Source of the DNA: Octopus vulgaris
Taxonomy: Eukaryota
Assembly (NCBI GenBank): GCA_951406725.2
Contig: OX597816.1
Span: 141,546,001-141,610,000 of the forward strand
Reading direction: 5' to 3'
Length of the DNA stretch: 64,000 nucleotides
Shown one piece after another: positions 40,135 to 53,559 of the stretch. Made by a program: the position numbers and the translations under genes. Positions within the stretch are counted from its first letter, which is position 1; the number at the start of each line of letters is the position of its first letter. Under the pieces are notes generated by a model. The model saw only the letters and a program-made list of their open reading frames with translations. It was not told the origin of the DNA and searched no databases.

Positions 40135-40430
40135 AAGACCCCTTTGGTTATGAAAGACCATGGAATGCACCTTGAAAGCTCCTCTCCAAGGCAAGATTGT
40201 TTATGGAAGACCAGCAGTAACCCATGCATACCAGCCTCTCGTCTCCATGCCACTGATGTTATTCTTGACATCAGTGACATTGCAACTCATTTCTACAGCT
40301 GAGTGAACTGGAGCAACATGAAATAAAGTATCTTGCTCAGGAACATAGCACATAGATTGGTCTGGGAATCAAACTCACTACCACATGATTATGAGCCTAA
40401 TGCTCTTAGCACTGAGCCAAGTGCCTTCAC
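40135..40430 (-). mobile_element. SINE family D (family B head with a different tail)
   Basis: Head gtgaaggcacttggctcagtgctaagagc; tail ...ggtgcattccatggtctttcataaccaaaggggtc. Homologous to 56572-56908. Confidence 0.78.
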
Positions 40431-41373
40431 CTACAAAGTGTATTGGCTGCATTTTATCCTGGCACCAACACTAAAGAAGTTGCCATATCCTTGGCAAGAT
40501 CCATGAGTTCTCTCTACTCTATGTTATCTTCATTCATATGCCAACCACTTTACGGAGTGTACTGGGTGCATTTTCTCATAGTACCAGCACTAGAAAAGTA
40601 GACCTGTTCCATGTAAAACTGAAAAGAATCTTCTCTTCTCATTGTTGTTTCCATTTGTCCAAGGTATATCAAACTGAAAGGGTAAAGAGAACCCATTCCT
40701 GGCTGTTAGATGTACTGTGGTATGACATTGAACCAGACTGATCTGGTAACTCTTTGTTGACAGTTAAACTGATTATTTGGCAGACTGTTGTTTGATACTG
40801 GTTCAGATTTGATCTCATACCTATTCCTGACACCTGAGGGAATTAAAGTATTGGAGTAAAAAAAAAAATAGCAAAATGCCAGCAATGGATTTGAACTCAT
40901 GGCCTCTGAGAAGACAGTCAATTGCATTAACCATTTGAGCATCTCACTTGCAAAAAACTTATTGAAATCTCAAATACTGAGATTATGAATATATTTTGAC
41001 AGACAATTTGAGACATAACAAAAATACAGACAAAAAAGGGAAGAAACATTTGCATATGAAGTAAAAACTTAAAACAAAAAATGCATAAAAAAATTTCTGA
41101 ATTCCTAACAAATGGAATGTGTGGCCAAGTTTTATGTCTTGGTTGAAGTAATTTATTATTTCGCTTGTGCCATTGGTGCTCATGAGAAATGTATGAAGAT
41201 GACACAATCTCATCCCTCTTCCCTGTAAATATGTGGTCTTGTATTTAAATTAGAAATCAATACTAATTTTAGACAATCCTTTATAGGTCCCCACCCCCAC
41301 CACATTTCTTCAGAATTGCAAGAGAAAAACACATTTACATATAATTCTTACATGTATATATTATGTATATATG

Positions 41374-41425
<52 letters not shown>

Positions 41426-41445
41426 TATATGTGTATATATATATG

Positions 41446-41488
<43 letters not shown>

Positions 41489-42349
41489 ATGCATACATAA
41501 ATATATGTGTATATGTGTGTGCATGAGTGTATATGAATTTACATATAATTGAAATGATGTTCATGTCTTGAAAGCTCATAATAAGAGCTGTCATTATGAC
41601 ACACATAACAAGGGAGAGATTATATCATGAGGTCAGACTGTCAAATACAATGAAGTAGAAGCAAAGAAATAATAACTATTTTGCAACATAGAAGATAATG
41701 GATATTTTTTTCTTACTAGACATTAAGCTAATTTTTGATGGAGAGTGGTAGATTCACCAAAAATTAACCTTAGTATATTACTGTTATCTTTTTTACAACC
41801 CCATGAGGGACAAAAAAATCAAAACAAAAAAAAGCGTTTGGATTCAGAACCAAGAGGAATGAAATTAAATACTGCAATATATTTAGTGCATCACTTCATC
41901 ATTTCTGCCAACTCCACCAGCCCAGTGGAGAAAATAATTAATATGTATAGCTATGAAGTAGATACATTGATATTATAATTTGTCAGTCTATCTTTAATTG
42001 AAGCATTAAATCACCTAATGTTAACTTGCTTGCTCACTTCTGACTCTCCAGTTTTCTTGACCTTTACTTAAACAGGTGAAAAGTAGTATCACAAATTCAA
42101 AAGGTTATTGCTGTCTATTTCTTTTGAGAAATCTACTTAGCTACAAGATAGATAATTACTGCAAGAGAAGTGTTTCGGAAAATAAATAACAACAACAATA
42201 AAAAAAAAAAAACAAACAGAAAATAGAGATAATTCATTGTACTTTTGTAATTATTAAGAAATATATCTCACAGGAAAAGTATGCAAAAAGTTAAAGGAGT
42301 TCTAATTGCTGTCAAAAAAATCTGCCCAATAGCTAAAATACAAAAAAAC

Positions 42350-42556
42350 TGCTGATTTGGAAATGGTTGCTGCTACAGAGGCCTAGTTGGTGGCCCAACC
42401 TTCCGAGTTTGTTTTAGAGTGGTCCTTAGAAAAACTGAAGGACCACTGCAATAAGTGTGTGAATCTGAGAGGGGAATATGATGAATAAAATCATAATTAA
42501 CTGATCCTCCTGTATTTTCTTTTATCCAAAACCAGGAACTTTTCAGCATCCTCTCA
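42350..42556 (+). mobile_element. Mariner transposon 3' remnant
   Basis: ...EKLKDHCNKCVNLRGEYDE* (stop at 42486-42488) resembles the mariner C-terminus (L..RW.KC....G.Y.E*). Followed by a TIR-like ggaacttttcagcatcctctca and TA. Confidence 0.75.
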
Positions 42557-44264
42557 TATATAGCTAGACATAATGGAGACTTGTTCTTCTATGTCACACT
42601 TCAGTATTCTCTCATCCTTGAGGAATATGTAAAAAATAATGATGTTACAACATGATATCAGCAAATAATGATGATGATGATGAAAAATAATATCTTTGCT
42701 TTCAGTGACCACAACTACCTCAAAATTTATGAAAACATTACATGTGCTGTTGGAGTGAAAGAAGAATATTTGTTAAGCTCTTAGATAATACAGTACTGAG
42801 AATTGTCTTCATTTACCAAGTCCTTATTTAAATATTTTTGTAGTGTCAGGTTAAAGTGGAACCAATGTGTGAATACTGCACAGTATGACTCCCTCATCTC
42901 TCAGTGCTGTTTTCCTTATCTTTTCCTCTTATATATATGTATATATATATACATACACATAAACACACACACACATACACCTTTTTTAGCTGTTACTTGT
43001 TTCAGTCATTAAACTATAGCCATGTTGGGACACGACTTTGAAGAATTTTAGTTGGAAGCAGCCCACAGAGTTGAGAGAATCACTATATATCATAAGCAAA
43101 TGAATCCAAAGACCTAATCTTCAACAATGTGATTGAATTAACAACAAAAAAAAATGTAAAAAAACATTAAAATTGGGACTCAAGTATATTTATTTTGCGG
43201 TGTATAGTAAATCATGGCTAGATGATGCAGAAACTGTATTCTGTGGATATAAGGATAATTATTGATTAAATATTGGATTAGTAGGCTGAGATCTACTTTC
43301 ATGCTCTCCGGGTTTGTCAATAAAAAGGGGTAGGGGAAAGAAAATTTCTTTTTGGTTTTAATTTACCTGAGTTGTTTGAGAGAGTTCTGTTGATGTCTGC
43401 TTCCTGCAGGATTTCTTCAGTGATCATTGCCTGGCAATGTAATATTACTACGAGATTTTAACAATGATCTCCTAGATAATGTTTGTTAGCTTTGCTGCAC
43501 TGTTACATTCTTTGCATTCTATTTAAGTGCATATACACGCATGGGCATCACGTCAGGTTTACAATTCACTAACAATTCAACTTATTAGCAGGAGTGTGGA
43601 GAGACATTAAAATATATTAAAAAAAACAATCATAAAATGAATATATATAAACCTATGAACACGGATTTTTCCAACTGTGTATGAAAAGTTGAAAACCTAA
43701 ACTTAATCATATGCTCAGTTGATAAGCTTAATATTAAATTTATCCAAAACTCATATCAGTTTCTATATATTTAAAAGTAGTTAAAAACAATTATACAACT
43801 GAGAACATGTTTTTATCACAAAATTTAAAGTATGGCCATACATTTGTTTACAAAAATTGAGATTAAGAACAAAGACACCAACTGCTTAAAAATATAGCTG
43901 AAGCCAAATATATAATTAAAAAGATAACGTATAATTAAAAAAATAACGTATAATTAAAAAAATAATGATAAAAAGTAGCTATTGAAGTGAATACTGCCCA
44001 GTTTTACAGTCCACATTGTCATCAGCAATATCATCGCTATTAACATTATCATCATCAATGTTGGGATTGTTGTTGTCATTGTCAGTGTTGTTGTTTTAAC
44101 ATCCACTTTCCTATGCTTCACAAAAATTTTAGTGACTGCATTTGCATCTTCTGCACCCACCTGTTACTGAGCCTGTGTCTACCTGAAGTGATTGTACATA
44201 AATCAATGCTCTACATACATTAACTCTACATGCATTAACCTAATGAATTTGTCAAGGAGGATTT

Positions 44265-44630
44265 TCTCTGGCCAGATGCCCTTTCTGTTGCCAACCCTCA
44301 CCTATTTCTGAGTAAGGTAATATTCCCCCACAAGACATACTTTCATGGAAGATTGGAAATAAAGTACACTACTGCTTATACATGATAGTGGCACCCGTTT
44401 ACAACTATTATGTAATGTCAAGGCAAAGAAACAGTAACACACACAAACACACACACACACACACACACACATGATGGGCGTTTTTTAGTTTCTGTTTACC
44501 AAATCCACTTGCAAGGCTTTAGTCAGCCCAGAGCTGTAGTAGAAAATTCTTGCCCAAGGTGCCATGCAGTAGGACTGAACCCAAAACAATGTAGTTGGAG
44601 AGCAAACTTTTTGCCACATACCCGTGCTTG
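44265..44630 (-). mobile_element. RTE-tail-like repeat followed by a family A SINE head
   Basis: gatgccctttctgttgccaaccctcacc...; 44470-44630 is homologous to family A heads. Confidence 0.65.
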
Positions 44631-45374
44631 TGCCACATGGATGTCAAGAAAAACACATCAGGAGATGACAACATTTCAGTGAATTGTTAGTAAAGTTGAA
44701 CGTAACACACATTTGTTTGCAATAGGAAAATAACTTTGAGATGTTTTTACTACTCATCAAAACACCCACTAGAACACAAACTCAGTGATCTATTATTTTG
44801 TCTACCTTTAACTATAAACAAGTATACATGAAAAATCTCTACATTAAAAAAAAATCTCTATATTAAAAAAAACAATCTCTACATTAAACTACTTAACCGC
44901 TTAAATAAAAATCTCAATAAACCTGCAATTAATGATATTGATAACCCCATAGAAATCCTCAAAAATCCACCTCCAAAAAATAACTGAATAGTAGGATTTC
45001 CAACTCTACATCAGTAAACTCAACAAAATGAACTTTACACAAGTCAATTCTACATTGTTAAATTTGCATACATCACTCTCATTGCATAAGAGCAGGAATG
45101 AAATTTACTTGGCAGATGCACACCTAATTTTTCAGGGGGATGTTCAAAGCATTTTCATTGCCCCACAAAAATTTTAGTGACTGCATTTGCATCTTCTGTA
45201 TCCACCTATTACTGAGCCTGTGTCTACCTGAAGTGATTGTACATAAATCAATGCTCAACATACATTAACTCTACATGCATTAACCTAATATGTATCAACC
45301 CTGCATACGTCAATTCCACATTTGTCAAATTCATGTATATCAATTCAACATGGCAATTTCAATCTAATACTGCT

Positions 45375-46090
45375 TCTATTGCATATCACTCAATGGCGCT
45401 GTCGGTTATAATGACAAGGGTTTCAGTTGATCTGATCAACCTACTCTCTTTTACTTTTTTACTTGTTTCAGTCATTTGACTGCAGCCATGCAGGAGCACT
45501 GCCTTTAATCGAGCAACTCGACTCCGGGACTTATTCTTTGTAAGCCCAGTACTTATTCTATCGGTCTCTTTTTGCCGAACCACTAAGTGACGGAGACATA
45601 AACACACCAGCATCGGTTGTCAAGCAATGCTAGGGTGACAAACACAGACACACAAACACACACACATACATATATATATACATATATACGATGGGCTTCT
45701 TTCAGTTTCCATCTACCAAATCCACTCACAAGGCTTTGGTCGGTCCGAGGCTATAGTAGACGACAGTTGCCCAAGATGCCACGCAGTGGGACTGAATCCG
45801 GAACCATGTGGTTGGTTAGCAAGCTACTTACCACACAGCCACTCCTGTGCTTATGAAGTTCATGAAATTAATCTGCATGTGACAGAGCATTTAACATAGC
45901 TCTCAGGGAGATCCAGCATGACATGGCTGGCCCTTTGAAATACTGGTACTACTCATTTTTGCCAGCTGAGTGGATTGGAGCAATGTGGAATAAAGTATCA
46001 CGCTGAAGGATGCAATGTGTTACCAGGAATTGAACTCAGGATCTTATGACTGTGAGTTCATCACCCTAAGCCATGTGCCATGTATCTTCA
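45375..46090 (-). mobile_element. Family B SINE split by a young full-length family A SINE (45445-45850)
   Basis: The B tail lies at 45375-45440 and the remainder at 45855-46090. The A copy retains many CpGs. Confidence 0.85.
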
Positions 46091-46106
46091 CCAAGGTACA
46101 TGTACC

Positions 46107-46770
46107 TTCACTATTGCATATAACAGATTTTTATTCAGCTGCATAACTATTTGCAGTACCAGTGAATGTTTATTCACTGCTTTCCTATTTATCAGTGGTG
46201 ACAAATCTCATCTAAACATGTAGTTGGCTGTGAGCACATGCAACAGACAATGCCCAACAAGGTATAAATACATCTGGCATTCTCACTAGCTGCTGCTCAG
46301 TTAATTTTCCTCTCTCTCCAATACATATTGCATTTTTAAACATGGCATGTCCATGAGAAATATTACCTCCTGAAAAAATATCATTGTCTTTTAATGATGT
46401 ATTTATATTAGGTATACTACATATGTAGCTATTTTAATATTATACAGCTTCTACTTCATATAATGGACTTTTATTCAGCCAGATGGCTATTTGCAACACC
46501 AGTGAATGTTTATTCACTGATTTTCTATATATCAGTAGTGACAACTCTTATGTAAGGAAGTGGCTGACTGTGAATATATGCCATTGACAATGCTCAACAA
46601 AGCAGGAATGCATTCAGTGTTGTCAGTAATTATTACTGGGATGATTTTTATCTTCCTTATCTCCCTCCAATATATATTGTGCTTTTAAACACATTATGTC
46701 CATAACAAATATTATACCTTTCCGAATACCACTATAATTTTGTCTTTCAATGATGTCTTTACTTCAAGTA
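46107..46770. repeat. Diverged tandem duplication, two units with ~340-bp spacing (46107-46415, 46448-46770)
   Basis: Collinear blocks tttttattcagc, ctatttgca, ccagtgaatgtttattcactg, atcagt.gtgacaa, gacaatgc.caacaa, ctccaata.atattg, atgtccat, ttgtcttt.aatgatgt. Confidence 0.85.
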
Positions 46771-47164
46771 TGACACATAGATGGCTGTGTGTGTAATACA
46801 CACACACACATGCGCACATACATGATACATACATACATACATACATACATACATACATACATACATACATACATACATACATACATACATACATACATGT
46901 CTGTACACATATGATGAGCATCTTTCAGTTTCTGTCACAGACATTCATAAGGTTGTGGCTGTATTGGGCTGTAGTAGAAGACATTTGCTCAACATACTGC
47001 ATTGTCAGACTGAATTGGAAACCATGTGGGTAAGATGTATCATGATGATGATGATGATGATCATCATCATCATCACCAATAGCCACCTTTCCATAATTGC
47101 ATGGATCACATTCATTGAGGCAAATTTTCTATGGCTGAATAGTAAAGTAAGTAAAGTTATCTTC

Positions 47165-47402
47165 CCAAGTCATACCAACTCATAAAGACTGGTTTTCCAG
47201 TTTTATGAAGTATATCTTCCCCACCTGGATGAGATGTCAGCTCATCACAGGATTACTCCTTTTCACCAGCTGAGTGGACTGGAGCAACATGAAATTAAGT
47301 GTTTTACTCCAGGACACAACACATTGCCTGGTTCAGGAATTGAAACCACAATCTTAAGATAATGAGTCCAACACCCTAACCACTAAACCATGTGCCTCCA
47401 AC
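47165..47402 (-). mobile_element. SINE family E (family B head with a V-SINE-like tail)
   Basis: Head gtggaggcacatggtttagtggttaggg...ttgctccagtccactcagctgg; tail cctgtgatgagctgacatctcatccaggtgggg...aaactggaaaacc, resembling the tail of 7590-7715. Confidence 0.7.
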
Positions 47403-47567
47403 TATGGTTGAATGCCCTTCCTGTCACCAGTTTTCACTGTTTCCACACAGATTAATATTTCCCCATGACTGGACATGTATAGAAAACTGGAAATGAGTCA
47501 CCCCTTGTATGATGGTAACATTCAATTATATCAAAGACAAAAACACATGCACACACACATATATACA

Positions 47568-47643
<76 letters not shown>

Positions 47644-48574
47644 GTATATATGTACATATTGAATAAGCTTCTTTCAGTTTCCATCCAGCATATCCCCTCA
47701 CAAGGCTTAGTCTGCCTGGGGCTATAGTAGAAGATGCTCATCCAAGGCGCCATGCAAAAGGCTGAACTAAAAACCACATGGTTAGGAAGATTAGTTTTTG
47801 ACTACGCCACCACATGTTTGTGTGTGTGTGTGTGTGCATGCATGTATGATATACAAAATTTGACCCAGAAGTTGGGTTATTCTTTTCACTAATATTGCAA
47901 ATTATAGCCATATCATAGCACTGAATAAGCACATAAAGGCATCTAGCAAAATGAAAATGACCAAAAATTTCAAAACCCTGCTGTTAGCATGGATAAATGT
48001 ATATAATCCAGCTCCATATAGCAAGAAATTCTTGCTTAATGCAAAATCTGCCTTTCTTAAGCTGCATGGAAACACAGGCATTCAGATCTTCCTCATGAAA
48101 TGAAATTTTTCTGATAATAATCCGTGTTGTTCCTTTGACTGACAGCAGCTTTCATTTTCTTTAGCACAATACCAACACATTAATATGGACACAATTTCCC
48201 CCCAGTTCTCTCTTTAGTAATATGCATATTTTGAAAAACCTCTCCTCTCTCTATCTGTATTGGCAATTGTACAATGTTGTAATGACAATTATACAACTCA
48301 GCGAAGTTTAGAAAATACCATACAATTTGTTATTGATTTTTTTGGACAAATCACAAGATGTTGTGTCAGTTGTTTAACAGGGGTCCCTTGGAAAGCTCAA
48401 CATTTGATATAAGGGAAAACATACATTCTCAAAGGCTTTCATTTCCATTGATGTTTTTCAATAAAATACACTATCTTATAAAATAATGCTGCAATACACT
48501 TGTAAGAATAAATTAGTGAAATACAGCAAGTAGTTGGTGGGGAGGTCAATCATTAACGAAAATACTAGTTTTAA

Positions 48575-48794
48575 CCCTTTAGGATTTAAACAGGCTATAT
48601 CTAACCCAAATATTCTGCATGTTTTGCATTTAAACCAGCTAGATCTGACCTTTCACACTTAACCTATGATATCATTCTAAAAATATACAATTGCATCATT
48701 GAAATCTTGAAGCTATGAGATAATATGTGATTAAATCTAAACAATGTGAGTAAATATGCATTAATTTTGACAGAATAATCTGAATACTGAAGAG
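48575..48794. mobile_element. piggyBac-like MITE flanked by TTAA
   Basis: ttaa|ccctttaggattt...gaatactgaagag|ttaa. Other copies at ~51910-52120, 58235-59310 (split) and 61125-61205 (fragment). Confidence 0.65.
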
Positions 48795-48904
48795 TTAATG
48801 TCTCTTGAAGCGAGAGTCATCAAATTCAGGACAAAAGACCTAGAAGGAAATATAAACCTCATTTTCCCTTATTTTTGAAAAAAGTTTTCTAATAAATATA
48901 ACTT

Positions 48905-49275
48905 AAAGTAGATGGAACTAGTGGAAGAGGGAGACCCAGGAAGACATGGGACAAAGTACTGAAGGCTGGTCTCAAGACACTGAGCCTTATGAAAGAGATG
49001 ACTGAGAACTTATTTGGCACCTTGCTGTACTCAAGAAGACCCATTTGCTACAGCAGAATTAATACTGGTACTAATGCTACATAAAAAGGATCCAGCATCC
49101 AGTACACTCTGTGGAGTGGCTGGCATTAGGATGGGTATCCAGTTACAGAAAATATGCCAGAATAGACAATGGAGCCTGGTGCAGCCCCTGGCCTTACCAG
49201 CTCTGGTCAAACTGTCCAACCCATGCTAACATAGAAAATGCATGTTAAATGAAGATAATGATGATGATGATGACA
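48905..49275 (+). mobile_element. RTE 3' fragment
   Basis: VDGTSGRGRPRKTWDKVLKAGLKTLSLMKEMT followed by the shared tail and (GAT)n. Confidence 0.82.
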
Positions 49276-49611
49276 TTTTTTTCTAAACTACAATTAATTT
49301 CTTTTGAGCGTATATTTAGAATATTTATATCTGCGTAATGCTGATTATCAGCAGGTAATTTGAGGTTATGCAGATTTTTTAAAACTAGAAACCTTTATCT
49401 CTTAACCCAGAACAGTGCATAAAGCTATCCACTTAGTTTAGAAATAAAGGTTTCTAGTTCAAATCAAGTGTGAAATCATGAACATATCCAGAAATAAGAC
49501 ACCTGATGACAACTGCATATGAAATTGATTGAATCTTAATGTAGATATAGATATTGTAAATATAGAGTACCAAATATGGCATTGATAACCCTGCAAATTA
49601 TAATCTTAATA

Positions 49612-50471
49612 CAGTTAGTAACCCTTCATCCAAAATTCCCAAATCTGAAAACTTCTAAAATCCAAAATTTTTTTGAATGCAAGGTCTTTATCTTTTATTT
49701 GTTTCAGTCATTAGACTGTGGCCATGCTGGGGCACCACCTTGAAGAATTTTTAGTTGAATGAATTGACTCCAGTAATTTTTTTTTTAGCCTGGTACTTAT
49801 TCTATCAATCTCTTTTGCTGAATTGCAAAGTTACAGGGACATAAACACACCAACACCAATTGCAAGTGGTTGTGGTGGTGGTGGTGGTAGGGACAAACAC
49901 AGACACAAAGACACACATGCACACATACACATATGATGGGCTTCTTTCAGTTTCTGTCTGTCAAATCCACTCACAAGGCTTTAGTCTGCCCAAGGCTATA
50001 ATAGAAGATAGTTGCCCAAAGTGCCATGCAGTGTGACTGAACCTGGAACCATGTGGTTAGGAAGTAAGCTTCTTAGAACACAGCCATGCCTGCACCTATG
50101 CATGTAAATTGAAAATTCCAGGAAGCTCCAAGGAAGATTTTAAAAATAGGAGCGATGGAGTTGTAGGTGAACATAAAACAAAAGTGATAAAAGTAAAAAT
50201 GGTATTTAGGTGTTTTTATGTGGTTGATAAACTCTGAAGTGAAAGTATAATAGGATGATTTATCTTGATGAAAAACAACACATTCCTAAAGTGAATGTGG
50301 ACTGATGCCAACAACATATAACACTGCCTTCATGGTGTATGCATAAGCTGTATTATGAAACATAAATGGTTAATGTGTTAGGCTTAGATCCCAAGCTAAG
50401 GCTGTCTGAAAATTTTTTAAAAATTGAAGCACTTCTAGTCTTAAGCATTTCAGATAAAGTATCAGCAACTG
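49612..50471. mobile_element. Tigger/pogo-like non-autonomous DNA transposon with a nested family A SINE (49687-50098, -)
   Basis: TA|cagttagtaacccttcatccaaaattcccaaatctgaaaacttctaaaatcc ... aagcacttctagtcttaagcatttcagataaagtatcagcaactg|TA. The ends resemble MER46/Tigger-type termini. Confidence 0.65.
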
Positions 50472-50594
50472 TAACAATAACTCAGTTGGAACTTTTATAC
50501 ATGAAAATAGTTGATTTTCAAGTTTATTCAATGCTTCATTTATCCAATCAGTTAACAGGAAAAAAAGGCTGATAATAAATTGAAGAAAACATAA

Positions 50595-51010
50595 AATCAT
50601 CATCGTCAACATTTAACATCCATTTTCCATGCTGGTATGAACTGAATGGCTTGACAGAAACTGGCGAGGCGCAGGGGCTACATCAGGTTCCATAGTCTGT
50701 TTTGGCTTGGTTTCTATGGCTGGATGCCTTTCCTAAGGCCAACCACTTCACAGATTGTACTAGGAGGTTTTTACATGGCACCATCAACAGTGCTTTTCAT
50801 GTGGCACCATCACCAGTGCTTTTTAATTGGAACCTTTGTTTTAGGATCTCAGTTCTGTTGTAGTGGGAAGGTCTTCTTGAGTACAGTAATGCATAACATA
50901 TCTTAGTCCTCTGTCATCTCCTTCCTAAGGCTCAGCATTTTGAGATTGGCCTTTAATACTTTAATCTATGTCTTCTTGAGTTTTCTTCTTCCACAACTTC
51001 CCTCCATTTT
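50595..51010 (-). mobile_element. RTE 3' fragment
   Basis: Shared tail catttaacatccattttccatgctgg, plus a decayed CGRRKLKKT*IKVLK motif near 50950-51000. Confidence 0.75.
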
Positions 51011-53559
51011 AAGTGGACAAGATGATTGTAGCATTTGATCTTAAAGCTGCTGATTAGAGTTGTCTGGAGTTAAACAACAACAATAACAACATCAGAAGAT
51101 GTACATATTTGTTTAATTAGTTTCTGATCTAAGCAAATATTTTCATCATCTGATGTTTTGGCTATTGTTGTTTTTTAGCTACAGACATCCCTGATCAGTA
51201 GCTCTAAGATCAAAGGCTGCAACCATCTGGTTTTCATTTTCAGGAGCAGTATATCTAAAACTACATTATCCATTATGTATCCAATATGTTCTTCCTCTGT
51301 TGCTGCTGTTTAGTCCCCATTTTTTTCCAAGTCAGCCCTGATGGAACAAACTTATGGTCAAAGGCATTCCAGGCATGACCATCATGTTCTCTTGAATATA
51401 TAAGAGTACACTGTCAAAGTGGTCTTTCTTTTTTTTAAGATAGTACAGTTTGATTGGAGGGAGATGTGGTTGTTATTTCTAGGATGTCATCAACCATGCA
51501 GAAGTTCCCTTATTATTACTCCTTTTTTGAAAGGTAAGAAAAGGCTGCTTTTTTTTTATCAAGACTGAATTATCAGAGATGTTAGCACATCAGTTGGAAT
51601 GCCTTGCATTGTGCTCCAGTTCCCTGCTCTCTGACTTCAAACTTTATCAGGGTCAACATTGCTTTTCATTCTTTTGGGGTCAATAAATGCAATTCAGAGT
51701 GGTAGGTTGGTGGAATTGTGAGAACCTCAGAAGAGTTGCCTTGTGGTATTTATTCTTGCTCATAGTGTTCCGAGTACAAATTCTGTCCAGGTATCAGTGG
51801 CCAAAGATAATCACCTAGCCTTGGAAGTACCTCATTCAAGCAATTCGGCAACATGAACAAGTAGGCTTTACAACCAGTATAGATAAGCCAGCAATAGTTA
51901 TGCTGAGAGTTAGCCCTTTTATCATTGAGATTACTTGGCCAAATGTAATATTTATTCACACTGTTTTGAATTAATCATATATTATCTTATAGCTTTGAGA
52001 TTTCAATGATGTAATTGTATATTTTTAGAATGACATTCTAGGGTAGGTATGACAGGCCAGACTGACCAGTTTAAATATAACACAAATAGAATATTTGGGC
52101 TTGATATGGCTGGTTTTGCAGTGGATTCAAAATAGTCAAATGAAAATGGAGGGTATGATTTGAGGGAAATTTGGCTGCTGTTTTTTGTAGCACAAGCAAC
52201 TGCATATATATCCTTTGTTGGCTTGAAATTCATCTTCGTCTATCTTATAATAAGCTGCAGGCCTATTTAATCAGTTGAAGATCTTATTTCTATTATTCAA
52301 CAAACAAAGTGTTAATAATATTAGACAGATGTAGAATTCCAAAAAGAAGAAATAAGTAACTGATATTTAAGCAATAACAACAGGTGATTAGCAAAGTGTA
52401 AACAAAAAATATGATAAAAGCTGTTTGATCTACATAAATACACTGACTGCTAAAAGTGTAATTATCAATAATTAGTTGTCAATCATCTTTCAAAACACAC
52501 AAGTAAATGGTTGGAGGACATTTTGATTTTCTAAAAAAACCACCTGAAAAGTCTTGTTAAACTAAGATGATGAGTTTACTGAGAACAAAAGGAATTCTAA
52601 TTGAAAAAAAAGAAATAACAAAAAAACAAAACAAAACAAAAAAACAAACAAAACTTATTTGCAGAGAATTTGAAAAAGAAAAATTGAATATGTTCTATTT
52701 ATGTTCTAATACTGAATAAGGATAATGAGAATGATGAAGATAACAATGAATTAAGAAAAAGAGGAACTTTATTCTCCAAAATTTTAAGATATATCATCAT
52801 CATTGTCATCATCATCATCATCACCACCACCATCACAACCACCACTACTACCACTGTCATGATCATCACCATCATTTCTACATCTGCTTTTTCATGCAAA
52901 CAGTCTGTATTGGTCAACATATTGTCAGATTTGATATGAATTTGCAGCTCACCTAGATGGTTTAAGGATCACATTTCACTTGCATGTTCCATTTTTTTGT
53001 CTCTGTGATTTCTATATCTTCATGCCCTTCCTATTGCTAATCATTTTGCAGAGAGTGTACTGAGTGCATTTTATTGTGATACCAACACTAAAGAGGTTGT
53101 CTTACTGTCTGGCAAGATTAAGGAGTTGTCTCTACATACTCTTTGTGTGTTCATTAGCAGCAGTAAGCTTACTAAGAAAGTTTCTTACATCACTATTGTA
53201 TACTCAATCTTTTATTTTCTATCAACTGAGTAGGAAGAAAGACGAATCAAGAGGATAAAAACAGTAAGAAATGATAGGGTGTGATCTAAGAAAAATTCAA
53301 TTACTATTTTTAGCAGGTGACATGGTTGCATAAATGTTCTCCCTTCTAGTTATTATTGCCTTTGCTTGTATAGCATATCTGAAAGACTTTATGCTTGGTA
53401 AAACATATCAGAAAGAATACTATAGTGCAATATATAAGTTATATATTGAAAATATCCCATAGATACTAGGATAGAGATGTGAAAGACTAAAGATCATGCT
53501 GATGGTATTTCATGTGTTGTGTGAAGTATTACTGTCTCTGGAATGTGTTACACTTCACT

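Noticed and set aside
40673-40833. Acceptor-preceded open frame VSGIGMRSNLNQYQ...QEWVLFTLSV* on the minus strand
   Set aside because: No recognisable homology, and it runs into a stop without a convincing donor.
53405-53450. miR-92/miR-32 family seed TATTGCAC on the minus strand; vertebrate TMEM245 hosts miR-32
   Set aside because: Only a 10-bp AT hairpin (caatatataa/ttatatattg) forms, and the putative mature sequence has no complementary star arm. Seed-like matches at ~415-421 and ~636-643 also lack a pre-miRNA hairpin.
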